Below, piece by piece: positions 26,501-39,294 of a stretch of DNA of 64,000 bases. Position 1 is the stretch's first letter. Every line of letters begins with the position of its first letter. The position numbers were made by a program, and so were the translations under genes. Below the pieces are notes generated by a model. That model did no database searches. It had not been told where the DNA came from and saw nothing but the letters and a program-made list of their open reading frames with translations. The stretch is from Chrysomallon squamiferum (taxonomy: Eukaryota > Animalia > Mollusca): positions 48,050,001 to 48,114,000 of the forward strand of contig CM022665.1 of NCBI GenBank assembly GCA_012295275.1. The letters run 5' to 3'.

Positions 26501-28611
26501 TTTATCTCAGTTTAATCTTAAACTCTGATTACTTGTTATAATCTTCTACTTCATTCAAAAATATGTGTTCTTAATTCACAGACTAATTATTAATAGATAT
26601 GTAAATCATAAATTTATTTCTTTGCTCTATGATTTTCTTGTTGTTTGTTTTGTTCTGTTTATTTTTTTTTTTTTTGATTTTTGTTGTTGTTATTGTTGCT
26701 GAGATTTTTTTTTTTTTTTAAGTGAACCTGTATAAAATTCCAGCTGATTATAAGAAAAGATTAAGTGAAAATTTTATATGTTTTATTAAAATGTCTATCA
26801 CACAGGTATTTATTATATTATATTTATTTGATGTTTATTTTACATTTATCAGACAATGCTTTTATACATACGCATTTTACTTGTATTCTGTAAGTCGTGT
26901 GTGAGAATGTGTAAGCATTCTACATTTATTATAAAAATTATAAAATGACAAGGTATTATACCAGAGTGATATGAGTGCTTATTACACAGGTATATAAAAA
27001 AAAGAGAAAAATAAAAGCTATTTTACATGATTTACCACAAAATACTTATATTAACACACAGTTAACATATATATATTCACACACAGTTAACATGTATATA
27101 TTCACAAACAGTTAACATGTAAATACAGCAGATACTGTATGTGTTATTTGTCAGGTTTAGTAAAGACGTGTTGTGGCTGTCACAGAAACAAACTAACCAG
27201 CGTCCTCTATAGCCAGAGACTTCTGCAAGCTGGTGGTGCACTCATCTGAGAATGAGAGTCGAGCGAGGTCCATCTCTAGAATTCCACACTCCTCCAAGTT
27301 TTCACTGCCCTCAAACTGGGTGAGGAAGAAATTCCTGAAAGAAATTAATCAAGAACGTCAGAACTACAGCCAGTAAAACAAATGAATTTACAAATCTCGA
27401 TTCTTCAAATTTATCATTTACCAAACTCAAAACAGTTATAAGAAAGATATCTTGAAGTTATCTACAATACATTATATCATTACTTGGATAACATGATGTA
27501 CACTAAATATTACCTGGATATCTTGAGGTTATCTACACTACAAGAAATATTACCTAGATATTATGTATTACACTAAGAATTGCCTTGATATTTTGAGGTC
27601 ATCTATTGCACACAGAATATTACCTAGATATTTTCAGGTCATCTATTGTACTCAATATGACCTAGATATTTTCAGGTCATCTATTCTACACTAAATATTA
27701 CCTGGATATTTTAGGTCATCTACTGTACACTAAATATTACCTGGATATCTTGAGATCATCTATTGTACACTAAATATTACCTGGATATCTTGAGATCATC
27801 TATTGTACATTAAATATTACCTGGATATCTTGAGGTCGTCTATTGTACACTAAATTTTACCTGGATATCTTGAAATTGTTGTACATTTTTTACCTGGATA
27901 TCTTGAGGTCGTCTATTGTACATTAAATATTGGATATCTTGAGGTCATCTATTGTACACTAAATATTACCTGGATATCTTGAGGTCGTCTATTGTACACT
28001 AAATATTACCTGGATATCTTGAGGTCGTCTATTGTACACTAAATATTACCTGGATATCTTGAGGTCGTCTACTGTACACTAAATATTACCTGGATATCTT
28101 GAGGTCGTCTATTGTACACTAAATATTACCTGGATATCTTGAGGTCGTCTATTGTACACTCAAAGAGCTGACTCATGATGTCGAGGTTTATCTTCTCCAG
28201 ACTCATCACGTGCTCCGTGAGATCCTCCATCTCACGTTTGTGAATTGCCACCTGCACACAATTTTATATTTATCTTAGTATTATTTATTATATTCAAATT
28301 AAATTAATATATATTATTTAATATATTCATTAAATTTTGTAAGTATCATTTAATTTAATATACATTATTTACAGGAAGATAGATTATTTAGTTTAAGATA
28401 TGTAATTTAAATTTAGTATGGATTTCAGGCATCTATTTCATCTGCTTGTTTCTCGTGAAGTGATAAACGTCATGGAAACACAAATGTTTTATTTAAATAA
28501 GTTTCACAGAATGTAAAATAAAGATATTTGCAAACCTCTCTTTTCAGCCAGTTGTTGTCCAACACCTCCTGTCTGCTGTACTTGTCCAGTTTGCTAATTG
28601 CTTTCTGTAAC

Positions 28612-28671
<60 letters not shown>

Positions 28672-28672
28672 T

Positions 28673-28722
<50 letters not shown>

Positions 28723-28877
28723 TATAATAATAGTAATAATAACTATAATAATAATTATATTAATAATAATAATAACTTTAATAATAACAATAATAATAAT
28801 AATAATAATAACTGCAATAATAATAATGATAATAATAATAATAACTAATAATAATATTAATAATAATAATAATAACA

Positions 28878-28910
<33 letters not shown>

Positions 28911-31900
28911 GTTATTATTATTATTATTATTATTAGAGAATCTACTTTGAGTAGGAATTCAGAATGATCTTTTGTAAGTCTAACACAGTTTATTCATGAA
29001 AACAGTGAGTCTACCAGATACAATATTATGTCACATTCTGTGTTATCACAGGCTACAAGTCACAGCTGAATAAATCAGCAATGATCTGATACCATCTACA
29101 CAACCAAACTATACACAGTGTATCTACTTCTATCTCTGAAGAAACAAAACTGACAGTGATTAAAACACTTTGGTGTGAAGTTGTATTCACACAAAGATGA
29201 GAACAGCTACTGACAGTAATTAAAACACTTTGGTGTGCAGTTGTATTCACACAAAGATGACAACACCTCTCATCTGAAGCCTCTGTCTTTGACCTTAACA
29301 ATTTAGTCTACATCACGATGATGACTCAACAAAAACATATTACAAATCAGAGTTTCTCTACACAAGTGTAGATGATGACTCGACAAAAACATATTACAAA
29401 TCAGAGTTTCTCTACACAAGTGTAGATGATGACTCAACAAAAACATATTACAAATCAGAGTTTCTCTACACAAGTGTAGATGTTGACTCAACAAAAAACA
29501 TATTACAAATTAGAGTTTCTATAGATCAGTGTAGATAATGATACCACAAAATGTGTGCAATAATTCTAAAGTGTGTTGTCTGTTACAATATGTAAAATTG
29601 TTAGGTCACTTAGTCAGAAGGTAGCATAAACTGTGTTAGTTCACTGAGTCAAAATGTGACATACTAAAATGTGTTAGGTCAATAAGTCAAAATGTGACAT
29701 TAAATATGATAGATCACTGAGTCAAAACAAGACATACTAAGAAGAAAACGCAGACAAAATGTGAGATGAAGTGAGTTAGATCACTAAGTCAAAACATAAC
29801 ATAAACATGTTTTGGGTCAGTGTGTGAAATGTGAGATGAAGTGAGTTAGGTCATCAAGTCAAAGTGCGGGGCAGTACCTGCCATCACGTCAAACGTGTTC
29901 TGCATGTCCTGCAGCTCCTGCTCCAGCACTCTGATCTGAGTCTCGTAGTTTGTCTGCTCCTTCTCCTTGTAGTTCTTCCAGTACTGAACCTCTCTCTCCT
30001 TCTTCTCCGTCTCCACCTCCTTCTTTGCTATCTGACTCTTCAGTACTGTAAAATACAGTTATTTATTTATTATACACCAAGAGATAGTTCAGTGAACTTC
30101 ATAAAATAAAGTTATTTATTTATTACATGCCAAGGAACAGTTCAGTGAACTTTATAAAATACTCAGTTATTTATTATTATACACCTGATAGATAGCTGAG
30201 TTACCAGGAAGTGGACTTTAACACACATTTCACACATGTAGAAAACTATGAACTGTGATTACTGACAGATCAATTGTGTAGAAGTAGCTAGAACAGGAAA
30301 AGTAGTTGAATACTCAATTTGTAGAGGGTTTGCAACAAATAACACACAAACAAATACTCTAACCAGTGGCCTACAGTTCATCACAGCATTACCAGTAATA
30401 GTGAAAAGAGTGATACAGTACAGTTTTATCAATCCTTATTATTATTTTTTTTTTTTTTTTTCTATTTTTTAAATTATTTTTTTATTTTCTCAGTATTCTA
30501 CTATATAAATGTTAACAAAACACACTGTTGATTTTTAAATAAATTTTATACAGGATGTCTATTCAGCAAATATTTGCCTCTTATTAAGATAAAAATCTCA
30601 AACTTTATTTGCTATGATAATGTTCCTAACTAACGTCAAAGTAACTTTAAAAAAAATCAGTGTTATGAAAAGTGTATAAAATTTACACTCAGTGTTATGA
30701 AAAGTGTATAAAACTTACACTCAGTGTTATGAAAAGTGTATAAAACTTACACTAGTGTTATGAAAAGTTTATAAAACTTACACTCAGTTTATGAAAAGTG
30801 TATAAAACTTACACTAGTGTTATGAAAAGTGTATAAAACTTAGACTAGTGTTATGAAAAGTGTATAAAATTTACACTAGTGTTATGAAAAGTGTATAAAA
30901 TTTACACTCAGTTCTATGAAAAGTGTATAAAACTTATACTCAGTGTTATGAAAAGTTTATAAAATTTACACTAGTGTTATGAAAAGTGTATAAAACTTAG
31001 ACTAGTGTTATGAACAGTGTATAAAACTTACACTCAGTGTTATGAAAAGTGTATAAAACTTACACTAGTGTTATGAAAAGTGTATAAAACTTAGACTAGT
31101 GTTATGAACAGTGTATAAAACTTACACTAGTGTTATGAAAAGTTTATAAAATTTACACTAGTGTTATGAAAAGTGTATAAAACTTACACTAGTGTTATGA
31201 AAAGTTTATAAAACTTACACTCAGTGTTATGAAAAATGTATAAAATCTACACTCAGTTCTATGAAAAGTTTATAAAATTTACACTAGTGTTATGAAAAGT
31301 GTATAAAACTTACACTAGTGTTATGAAAAGTGTATAAAATTTACACTAGTGTTATGAAAAGTGTATAAAACTTAGACTAGTGTTATGAAAAGTTTATAAA
31401 ACTTACACTCAGTGTTATGAAAAGTGTATAAAACTTACACTAGTTCTATGAAAAGTGTATAAAATTTACACTAGTGTTATGAAAAGTGTATAAAACTTAC
31501 ACTAGTGTTATGAAAAGTGTATAAAACTTACACTAGTGTTATGAAAAGTTTATAAAATTTACACTAGTGTTATGAAAAGTGTATAAAACTTACACTCAAG
31601 TTCTTTTTCTCTTTCTCGCTGTCGTTGCCACTTTTCTTTCATCGTGGCTATGACATCTTCTCTGTCTTTGATCTCCTCACTTTCAAAAACTTTCTCCACA
31701 GTCTTAGCCTGCTTCAGTAAATGCTGTATCAACAGCTTCTGCTCCACCTTCAACTTGTCATTCTAAACAGTTCAAAACAGCATGAAATACTTCATCTTAC
31801 TTGTTCCATGATAACAATGTTCAACACAACAAGCAGAAGAAGATGATTTTATCATGAATATGCAATACATTTTTTTAGAACCAAATCAAAATTTTAATAT

Positions 31901-32054
31901 TTAGTTTTATATTAATTCACAACTCCTATAGTCCTGAATCAGCCAGTGATTAGTAACAGAGTGTAGTGGGATAACAATGATATAATCATTGTTGAAAAAC
32001 CATTAAATTACACAACTGTCTGTAACTTGATTACTACTCAGTATATATATATAT

Positions 32055-32132
<78 letters not shown>

Positions 32133-33283
32133 TTTAGTGTTTTTAGTTTGGTTAATGATAAATGTGAAGGATACAGATGAGTAAATTCATTGAATACAAA
32201 CATTTTAAATGATTTAATGAATACCACAATGGTATATAATTATATTTCTTTTTATCAGCAATAATTATTTATTTAATTTAAAACCTTTCATTTTATAAGA
32301 ATAGATTATTTAATTATTACAACATTTTTATGTTAATCTCATTTTATCATCATCAAGTGCTTTTTTACTGCAAAATCTTTATTATGTATATGTCTTATTT
32401 TATTCAAAATTAATTATTTATTTAGTATAACATTTGTGTTTACATCATTTTTTCAAAACTAATTATTTTAAGAATGCAGATGTACTGAAATAAAGAGAAA
32501 ATCTTTACCCTTTCAAGATGGCGTTTGTTTTTTTCTTCCCAGCCTCGAATTTCATATTGAACATCTTCAAGTTTTCTCTCAGTAATAGTAATTCTGTCAA
32601 ATACAAACATCAGTCAAATATTAAAACACAAACATCAAATAAATATTCAAATACAAACAGAAGTTAAATGTTCAAATACAAACATCAGCTAAATATTAAA
32701 ATAAAAAGACTAGTGAAATACTCAAATCCAAACAGTAGTGATTAAATACTAAAATAGAAAGGTGAAATGAGAGGGAAATAATTACATAATAAATATATTG
32801 TCAAATCTGCACATAAATATGAAACTGTAAAATATAAATTGTTTTATTTCTAATGTTTTTCAATTAACTAGCAAATCAACTGAATTTTCCTATGTAGTGA
32901 TTTAATATGTAATATGAATGAAAAACAAAAAGTGAATTAATAAAATATTTATAAAATTCTGTAAAGAAATAATCTATTTAAAATAAATAAATAAATAATA
33001 AAAGTAGTAGTAGTAGTAGTAGTAGAAGTAGCAGTGACAATGATAATAATTTTAAAAAATAAATAAATAAATAAACAACATCATATTCACATGAAATAAA
33101 ATGTATAAATTATAAAATAATCTAATCGATATAAAAAGAATATGGCTTATATAAAATCAATCTGGTAGAAACTTACTGGTAGGCCAGTATGGCTTCTTTT
33201 GCAGTCATCTGTGGTTCTTTTGCTTTCTTGCCTCCCTTTTTACCTTTCTTTCCAGATTTACCCTTCTTCTTTTTCCCAGCCAT
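23376..33283 (-). CDS. CCDC83: Coiled-coil domain-containing protein 83-like; complement join(33283..33177,32593..32509,31762..31594,30045..29878,[missing exon near 29.3 kb],28604..28536,28251..28130,27334..27198,26277..26158,25601..25537,23546..23376)
   Basis: The spliced translation (MAGKKKKG...EAILAYQ...KNKRHLERNDKLKVEQ...REDVIATMKEKW...YWKNYK...NNWLKREVAIHKRE...DLKISRNFFLTQ...DYLQLGPLELKLLNV...MPIH) matches my recollection of vertebrate CCDC83 block for block. Splice sites are canonical and phase-consistent except for one phase 1 to 0 gap between 29878 and 28604. Confidence 0.85.
23541..24905 (-). repeat. ~22-24-bp array of the CCDC83 last-exon acceptor
   Basis: tagtcctacacacaaa reads tttgtgtgtag|gacta on the minus strand. 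Confidence 0.93.
25150..25473. repeat. 26-bp tandem repeat, about 12 copies
   Basis: aattagctgtgttaaaactggtattt. Confidence 0.95.
25537..25601 (-). CDS. CCDC83: CCDC83-like exon (TSQSYESEFFENLFYEEEDFD)
   Basis: ttcag acceptor, GAT|gtaagt donor. Confidence 0.78.
26158..26277 (-). CDS. CCDC83: CCDC83-like exon (RPKSVTQRA...poly-Glu)
   Basis: tgcag acceptor, G|gtttga donor, 120 nt phase 1-1. Confidence 0.8.
27198..27334 (-). CDS. CCDC83: CCDC83-like exon (NFFLTQFEG...AIEDA)
   Basis: tttcag acceptor, G|gttagt donor. Confidence 0.82.
27495..28160 (-). repeat. 40-bp array of 31 nt exon end plus 9 nt donor
   Basis: aaatattacctggatatcttgaggtcgtctattgtacact. Confidence 0.95.
28130..28251 (-). CDS. 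CCDC83: CCDC83-like exon (VAIHKRE...CTIDDLKIS)
   Basis: tgcag acceptor, AG|gtaata donor. Confidence 0.87.
28536..28604 (-). CDS. CCDC83: CCDC83-like exon (KAISKLDKYSRQEVLDNNWLKRE)
   Basis: ttacag acceptor after a (TTA)n tract, GAG|gtttgc donor. Confidence 0.85.
29878..30045 (-). CDS. CCDC83: CCDC83-like exon (LKSQIAKKE...YWKNYK...FDVMA)
   Basis: ttacag acceptor, G|gtactg donor, phase 1 to 1. Confidence 0.87.
30658..31597 (-). repeat. 31/32-bp array, about 30 copies, starting at the 31594 donor
   Basis: actagtgttatgaaaagtgtataaaacttac. Confidence 0.95.
31594..31762 (-). CDS. CCDC83: CCDC83-like exon (NDKLKVEQ...REKELE)
   Basis: tttag acceptor, gtaagt donor; overlaps ORF 31559..31753. Confidence 0.87.
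32509..32593 (-). CDS. CCDC83: CCDC83-like exon (ITITERKLED...KRHLER)
   Basis: gacag acceptor, AGG|gtaaag donor, phase 2 to 0. Confidence 0.82.
33177..33283 (-). CDS. CCDC83: CCDC83-like first coding exon (Lys/Gly-rich N-terminus)
   Basis: ATG at 33283, CA|gtaagt donor. Confidence 0.85.
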
Positions 33284-33630
33284 TTTGTTTCTCTTTTTAA
33301 CTTTTTTATTTATTTGTTTTTGTTTTTGTTTTCTGTGCCTGCATCAAGAATATAGATAACACTGTTTAAAAAGTACTGTAATTTAAATATTGATATAATA
33401 TCTGCAACCAAATTTTGATGTTTAACATGACAATAATTTTAAATGAAAATGTAAGTTCAACGTTTTGTTGTGATGACGTTTCATATATATTTTTATTTGA
33501 TTATTCCTTGCAGTAACAATGCCCCGACCCTGTCATCTGTGTCATTACTCTATACATTCGCAACAGCTTTTAATATTAAGTAGTAAATATTTGATTTTCT
33601 CTTGAATTCATTACACAATAATTAAATTAC

Positions 33631-33790
33631 CAAATTTCTCCAAGAAACACTTATAAGTTTGTAGCTTTCATTTGTTTTCACTTCGTTTTAAGTAAAATAT
33701 CCAACGCTGGTCGCCATGTTTGTTTTGATTGACAACAGCCAATAGACTGGTTTCCGACTAAGAAGCGATACTTCCTATTTGACCGAAGAC
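33631..33790 (-). promoter_or_regulatory. Probable promoter and 5'UTR exon of the CCDC83-like gene
   Basis: On the minus strand there is an AAACATGGCG (YY1-like) motif near 33712-33721, a TTG|gtaatt donor at about 33631, and a tgcag acceptor at 33339 upstream of the ATG. Confidence 0.4.
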
Positions 33791-35596
33791 AGAATTTCCT
33801 GTTGCATTATTACTTGAAATTAAAAATGATTATATGGGTAATCTTGCCTTGAGGTTTTGTTCAATAATATCGCTACAGTTTTTTGTTTTACTGCAAGTCT
33901 TGATATAAAAAGATCTTATACAAAAAGTTTAAAACACAACTCTGCTTTTCTAATCAACATTTTTTCCTTAAACGTTTATCACAATAACCATCGTGATAAC
34001 CGGTGCACATGCCAAAAAGTTCATTTTCATTCCAACGGGAAATGGTGAATATATTATTATTTTTTAACTAAAACTAATCCGAAGGACAAAACGTTTTGTA
34101 TTTTTTCAAAATTAGATCGGCTCCGAATGTTTTGTTTTAGCTACAAGGTACCGTTTTCTATCTACACCGGTTATTGCCTCGCTTGGTTACCTCTTTTGAT
34201 TTGGCGTACGAAACTCAATTCAGTTTTATATTACGCATTTATGTTACCAAAAATATTTACAAAAACATAAAAATTTTGGCAAGAACAAGTATAAGAATAA
34301 TGAAAAGATAATAATAACAACAACAACAAAAAGATAAAAAGAAAAATGAATGAAAGAAAAGAGAAAAAGAAGGAAGAATGACAAACTGGAGTGCAGGAAA
34401 ATGTACTCATTTTTAATCTTTTAAATGTTTTTGTTTAAAATATTTCATTTTTTAATCTTTTCATCTTGTGTAGCTGGCTCATCGGTTCAGGGTCAACAGG
34501 ACTAGCTGTGTCTCTTACTGCTACGTAACTCATACCATGATTCCTATTCGGCGAATTTTCGACATAAACTTTATAATCACTACATTAACTGTTTATACAT
34601 TTTTATTATTAATATTTATTAATTAATTTTTGTTTCCTCTTCTTTGATTTCCATTTTTTAATTTTTTAAAAGTAAAGTAACATTCCACATCATTTATTTA
34701 TATATTTTACACTTGAATTACATATTCTACAGTTAAATGTGCAGAATTATTATCAAAATATATTTGTATAACATTACGAGTTGCTGGGGGTGGGGTTCTG
34801 CAGTCATGCTTTGACATTAACAAAAGTAAGAAAAAGAACAGAGTCGTTACAAGTTTCTTGACCCTGTGGATACCTGTGTATGTTGTGTATCCAGATCATC
34901 AGATTTATAGTTAATTACATGTCTTCGTAGATTAAAGAAAAAGGAAAAACTATGTGTGTGCGCGCGCGCTCAAAGGAAGATACTTCAGGAAAGACATTAG
35001 CAAACAAAACATCACGTGACTTGTGACATCATGAAAAAATCCCAGCAAATCCCGCGGTGTTTTTCAATTAGCGTGAAATTGTCAGCATCTTGGACACCAT
35101 TTGCCTGCAGCATGATAATTACAGAATCGAAGTGTACACCAATTTTGACGGCAGATTTCTCCGTTCGATATTTCGTGATGGACGCTTGATTTTACAAAGT
35201 GAAACGTATAACAGCCCTCTATTTCGCCACGAGATGAAAACATGGCATGAGCACGTGAAAAAACGCGCCGTCACCTCGCGCTGATGACGTGGTCTTAGTG
35301 AATGTGTCAGGTCGGAAAGTGTTTCTTGAGAGGGAAGCGCGCGAAAATGGCGGACTTAATGGACGAAGTTTTAACATCGCTGACGCTGATGGCTTTAAAT
35401 CTGATCTTGCTGAGAGCCAGATGTTGCGACGTCGAGATTTTCACAAGCCTCACCAGACGACACCGTGTAGGACATTGACGTTGTCCTGTCTACAGAAAAC
35501 ATTCACATTTAATAGACATAGTGTTCTTACTTCTAATAATAAGAGATTCGCCAATATACACTATATATTAGTAGCGTATTAACTGTTAAAAACCTG

Positions 35597-36315
35597 TAAT
35601 AACATACGACATTCGGTAATATACACTGTACTAGTACGTAGTATTAAATATATCTAATAACACGTGACATTCTGTAACGTACACTGTACATTGGTAGTAC
35701 GTTGTATTAAATATATCTAATAATACGCAACATTCAGTGACGTACACTGCACATTGCTAGTACGTTGTATTAAATATATCTAATAACACGCAACATTCTG
35801 TGACGTACACTGCGCTGTACTAGTACGTTGTATTAAATATATCATAATAACACGTGACATTCAGTGTCGTACACTGTACATTGCTAGTACCTTGTATTAA
35901 ATATATCTAATAACACGTGACATTCAGTGACGCACACTGTACTAGTACAGTACACTGCACATTGCTAGTACGTTGTATTAAATATATCTAATAACAACAT
36001 TCTGTGACGTTCTGTGACGTATCTAATAACACGCAACATTCTGTGACGTACACTGTACATTGCTAGTACGTTGTATTAAATATATATAATAACACGTGAC
36101 ATTCTGTGACGTACACTGTACATTGCTAGTACCTTGTATTAAATATATCTAATAACACGTGACATTCTGTGACGTACACTGTACATTGCTAGTACCTTGT
36201 ATTAAATATATATAATAACACGTGACATTCTGTGACGTACACTGTACATTGCTAGTACCTTGTATTAAATATATATAATAACACGTGACATTCTGTGACG
36301 TACACTGTACATTGG
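35597..36315. repeat. ~63-bp tandem repeat, about 11 copies
   Basis: aataacacgtgacattctgtgacgtacactgtacattgctagtac... Confidence 0.92.
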
Positions 36316-38244
36316 TCTCTCTTCTGTACTCGTTATTTCATATATAGACTACATGTTCACACTAAAACAAATAAATTAATATAGAAATAAAACTACAAAG
36401 TGTAATTTCTGCACGTTACACTTCAACAAGGATGTTTTATACTTTGAAAATTAGACAAACATTAAAATGACACTGCGAACATAAAAAATACAATAAACAC
36501 TTTTGTGTATAATATACGGTTTTCTATTTTGTGTAAATTTATATTTACTTTATTTTTTTTTTTTTTTTTTTTTTTTATTTTATTTTTTTGAGAAACTGAC
36601 AAATTTGACGAATTACTCTAAAGTTGACCAAAGAAAAAAAAAAAAATACTGTGAACAGTACAAATAAATCATTTACAGCGTATTAGGTAAACAAATATTT
36701 TTTTTTTTTTTTTTTATCTCCTCATCTGCCATTTGGAAATTCCATCCTGTTTGTCGGAGGATCATGTTTTCAATAATCACAGATCAATTAATGCGGCCGC
36801 CGCGGTGATCTGCTTTGACAAATACGTTGTACATTTTTGTCTTTAGCAGCATCAACACAACGCTCAACAGCCACACTGGAACTGATCAATGCTGCACTGG
36901 TGCGCTGTTTCGCCTGCTTGTTTACCTGTGCTGGGAGCGTGCCGTGTGACCAGTCTACAAGCGGAGAGTTTAATTGTAAAGTCAGGTGATACTTGCAAAC
37001 AAAAGTTTATTCGTTATACGCTGACAAATAAGGATATCAGTGACAGTGCATCGATTGCAAGTAAAATCATCTTCCTGTTTTCATATTCGAGCAAAATGCC
37101 GCATATTGAAATAGAAAATTATAAAGATTTCAAATAGTCGATCGAGTCAAGATCAAAACTGAAAGAATCATGTTTGCCTTTTCTTTCTTTCTTTTTTTTT
37201 TTTTTTTTTTTTTCTTTATTTCCTTGAAAAACCTTGAAAAATAAGAGTACTTTTGACGATGCGAATGAACGGTAAAATAAATAAATAAATAAATAAATAA
37301 ATGAATGAAGTTTTTTTTTTTTTGGTGGCGTGACTTATGATTTAACTTGGAATTAAGCACAATATATTTAGACTACTTCTTACTTATCCAAAGTTTAAGT
37401 TTAATTGTAATGACTTTACAAATAATTTAATAGCAAATTTTGTTAATAACGAAAAAGTGTGGCCAAAGTTATACTAGAATTAAATAATTGTTGCATATGG
37501 CGCATACTGCTATATCAAGACTTAGTTTCTTCTTACACGTAATGAATAAATTTCAAGTTTTTCGTTTCGTTTTGTTTTCATGAATCAAATAAATAAATAT
37601 CCTGAGATAAGAGAACATTCTTCCAGCGAACTTCTGTTTGGTTTCTTTATTCCTAGACGCGAACAAATGTTTTTATTTACTTTTATACAGGAGTTACGTC
37701 CTCTTCGTTATTATTTTTTGAGAAGCCATTTTGGGGGGGGTTGTTTTTGTTTTTGTTAAACGCCGCTAAATAAAGTTTTTAACCGAACTTGTTAATTAAG
37801 TAATAAGTTGGATTTAATAAAGAAACTGACGTCTGCGAACGATCACAGATGATACGTCTGCTAAACTGAAGCGGGTACACGGGCAGTCAGTGACTTCTGC
37901 TTACGAAATGTTAAAATTTAAATGGCGTAAATAAATAAATAACATAATTTTCAACTCAGATTAACAGTTTTAATTATATATATAATGGAATACTTGTGGA
38001 ATTAAGGCACTAACGAAAACATCGAATACAGGGAGAAGAAGGTAGACGTCTGCATCATTTTATAAAACTATCTGATGTTCTCAATCAAAAATAGCAAATG
38101 AAGACTGAATGCGACTCATCGAATTTTTTTTATCTGTGAAGTGACTGGTTAGCCAGTCGGAATAGACCATCTTCCCAAAGTTACGTAGAATGTTCAGTAA
38201 CAATACTAGTGTTGTTGTTCTTCTTCTTTGTCTTCTTCTTACTA

Positions 38245-38287
<43 letters not shown>

Positions 38288-38828
38288 GATTATTATTATA
38301 TTTTTGTTACTGTTTTTATTAAGTATTCCTTTCAATATTATCAATAACAAAATAACAACAACAACAACAGTAAACAGTAATAATAACAATAATAACGACG
38401 ACGACAACAACAACAGAGGTGGTAACGTGTCTAGATACTGCTTTACGTTATTTTAACAAGTTTCTCTACTTCACCTGGTTTTTCCCAAACACAAAACAGA
38501 TAATTTGATAAAAGTGGAATCATACTACTACTACTAATAATAATAAAATAAATAATGATGATGAAGATAAAAGAAAACAGACATCAGGAGGTTGTTTAAT
38601 TACTCACATCACCTTTCTGCGTTTAACACGAACAGAAACAGGTAAATGTATTAAAATTTATTTTTCAAATTAGTACTCCATTTATACCAAACTTTACTAC
38701 TAATAAAGTTAAAATGATAAAATAGACAGGTCATTGATGCAATTGATGTGTCTATAAAAAAAGATTTCAACTGTGTCCCTGGTACACTTGGACAAAAAAA
38801 AAGGCATCCATGTTGTTGTTTTTTTTTT

Positions 38829-38862
<34 letters not shown>

Positions 38863-39221
38863 ACCTTGTTATATTGTACTGCTATTATTTAAACTCTAAA
38901 ATTTGTGTTCAGCAACAAGTAAACTATTCAGAATAATTTACTTAATTGCTTTTTCTACGATTAAATAAGAAACAGACGCCTCACTACAGTATACAAATTA
39001 ATTTACATCCAGTGTTAGCTCCACTGAACATCTGAATCAAATGTATCCATTCTTTTTAAAGTAGTTTTAATCTATTTACAAGCTGCGTTAGATTACAACA
39101 CATACGTTTTTACTAGAAGACTAAAACTGTTATTTTGTAGATATGCTATATGTATTTAAAATTTTATATTTGAGTTAACAGTTTATTTTGTAAGTGTGCT
39201 AAATATGTTTAAAATTATATA

Positions 39222-39294
<73 letters not shown>

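Noticed and set aside
35090-35582. Two adjacent non-repetitive ORFs
   Set aside because: Non-ATG starts, no recognisable domain and no convincing splice sites; treated as a non-coding CpG-rich block.
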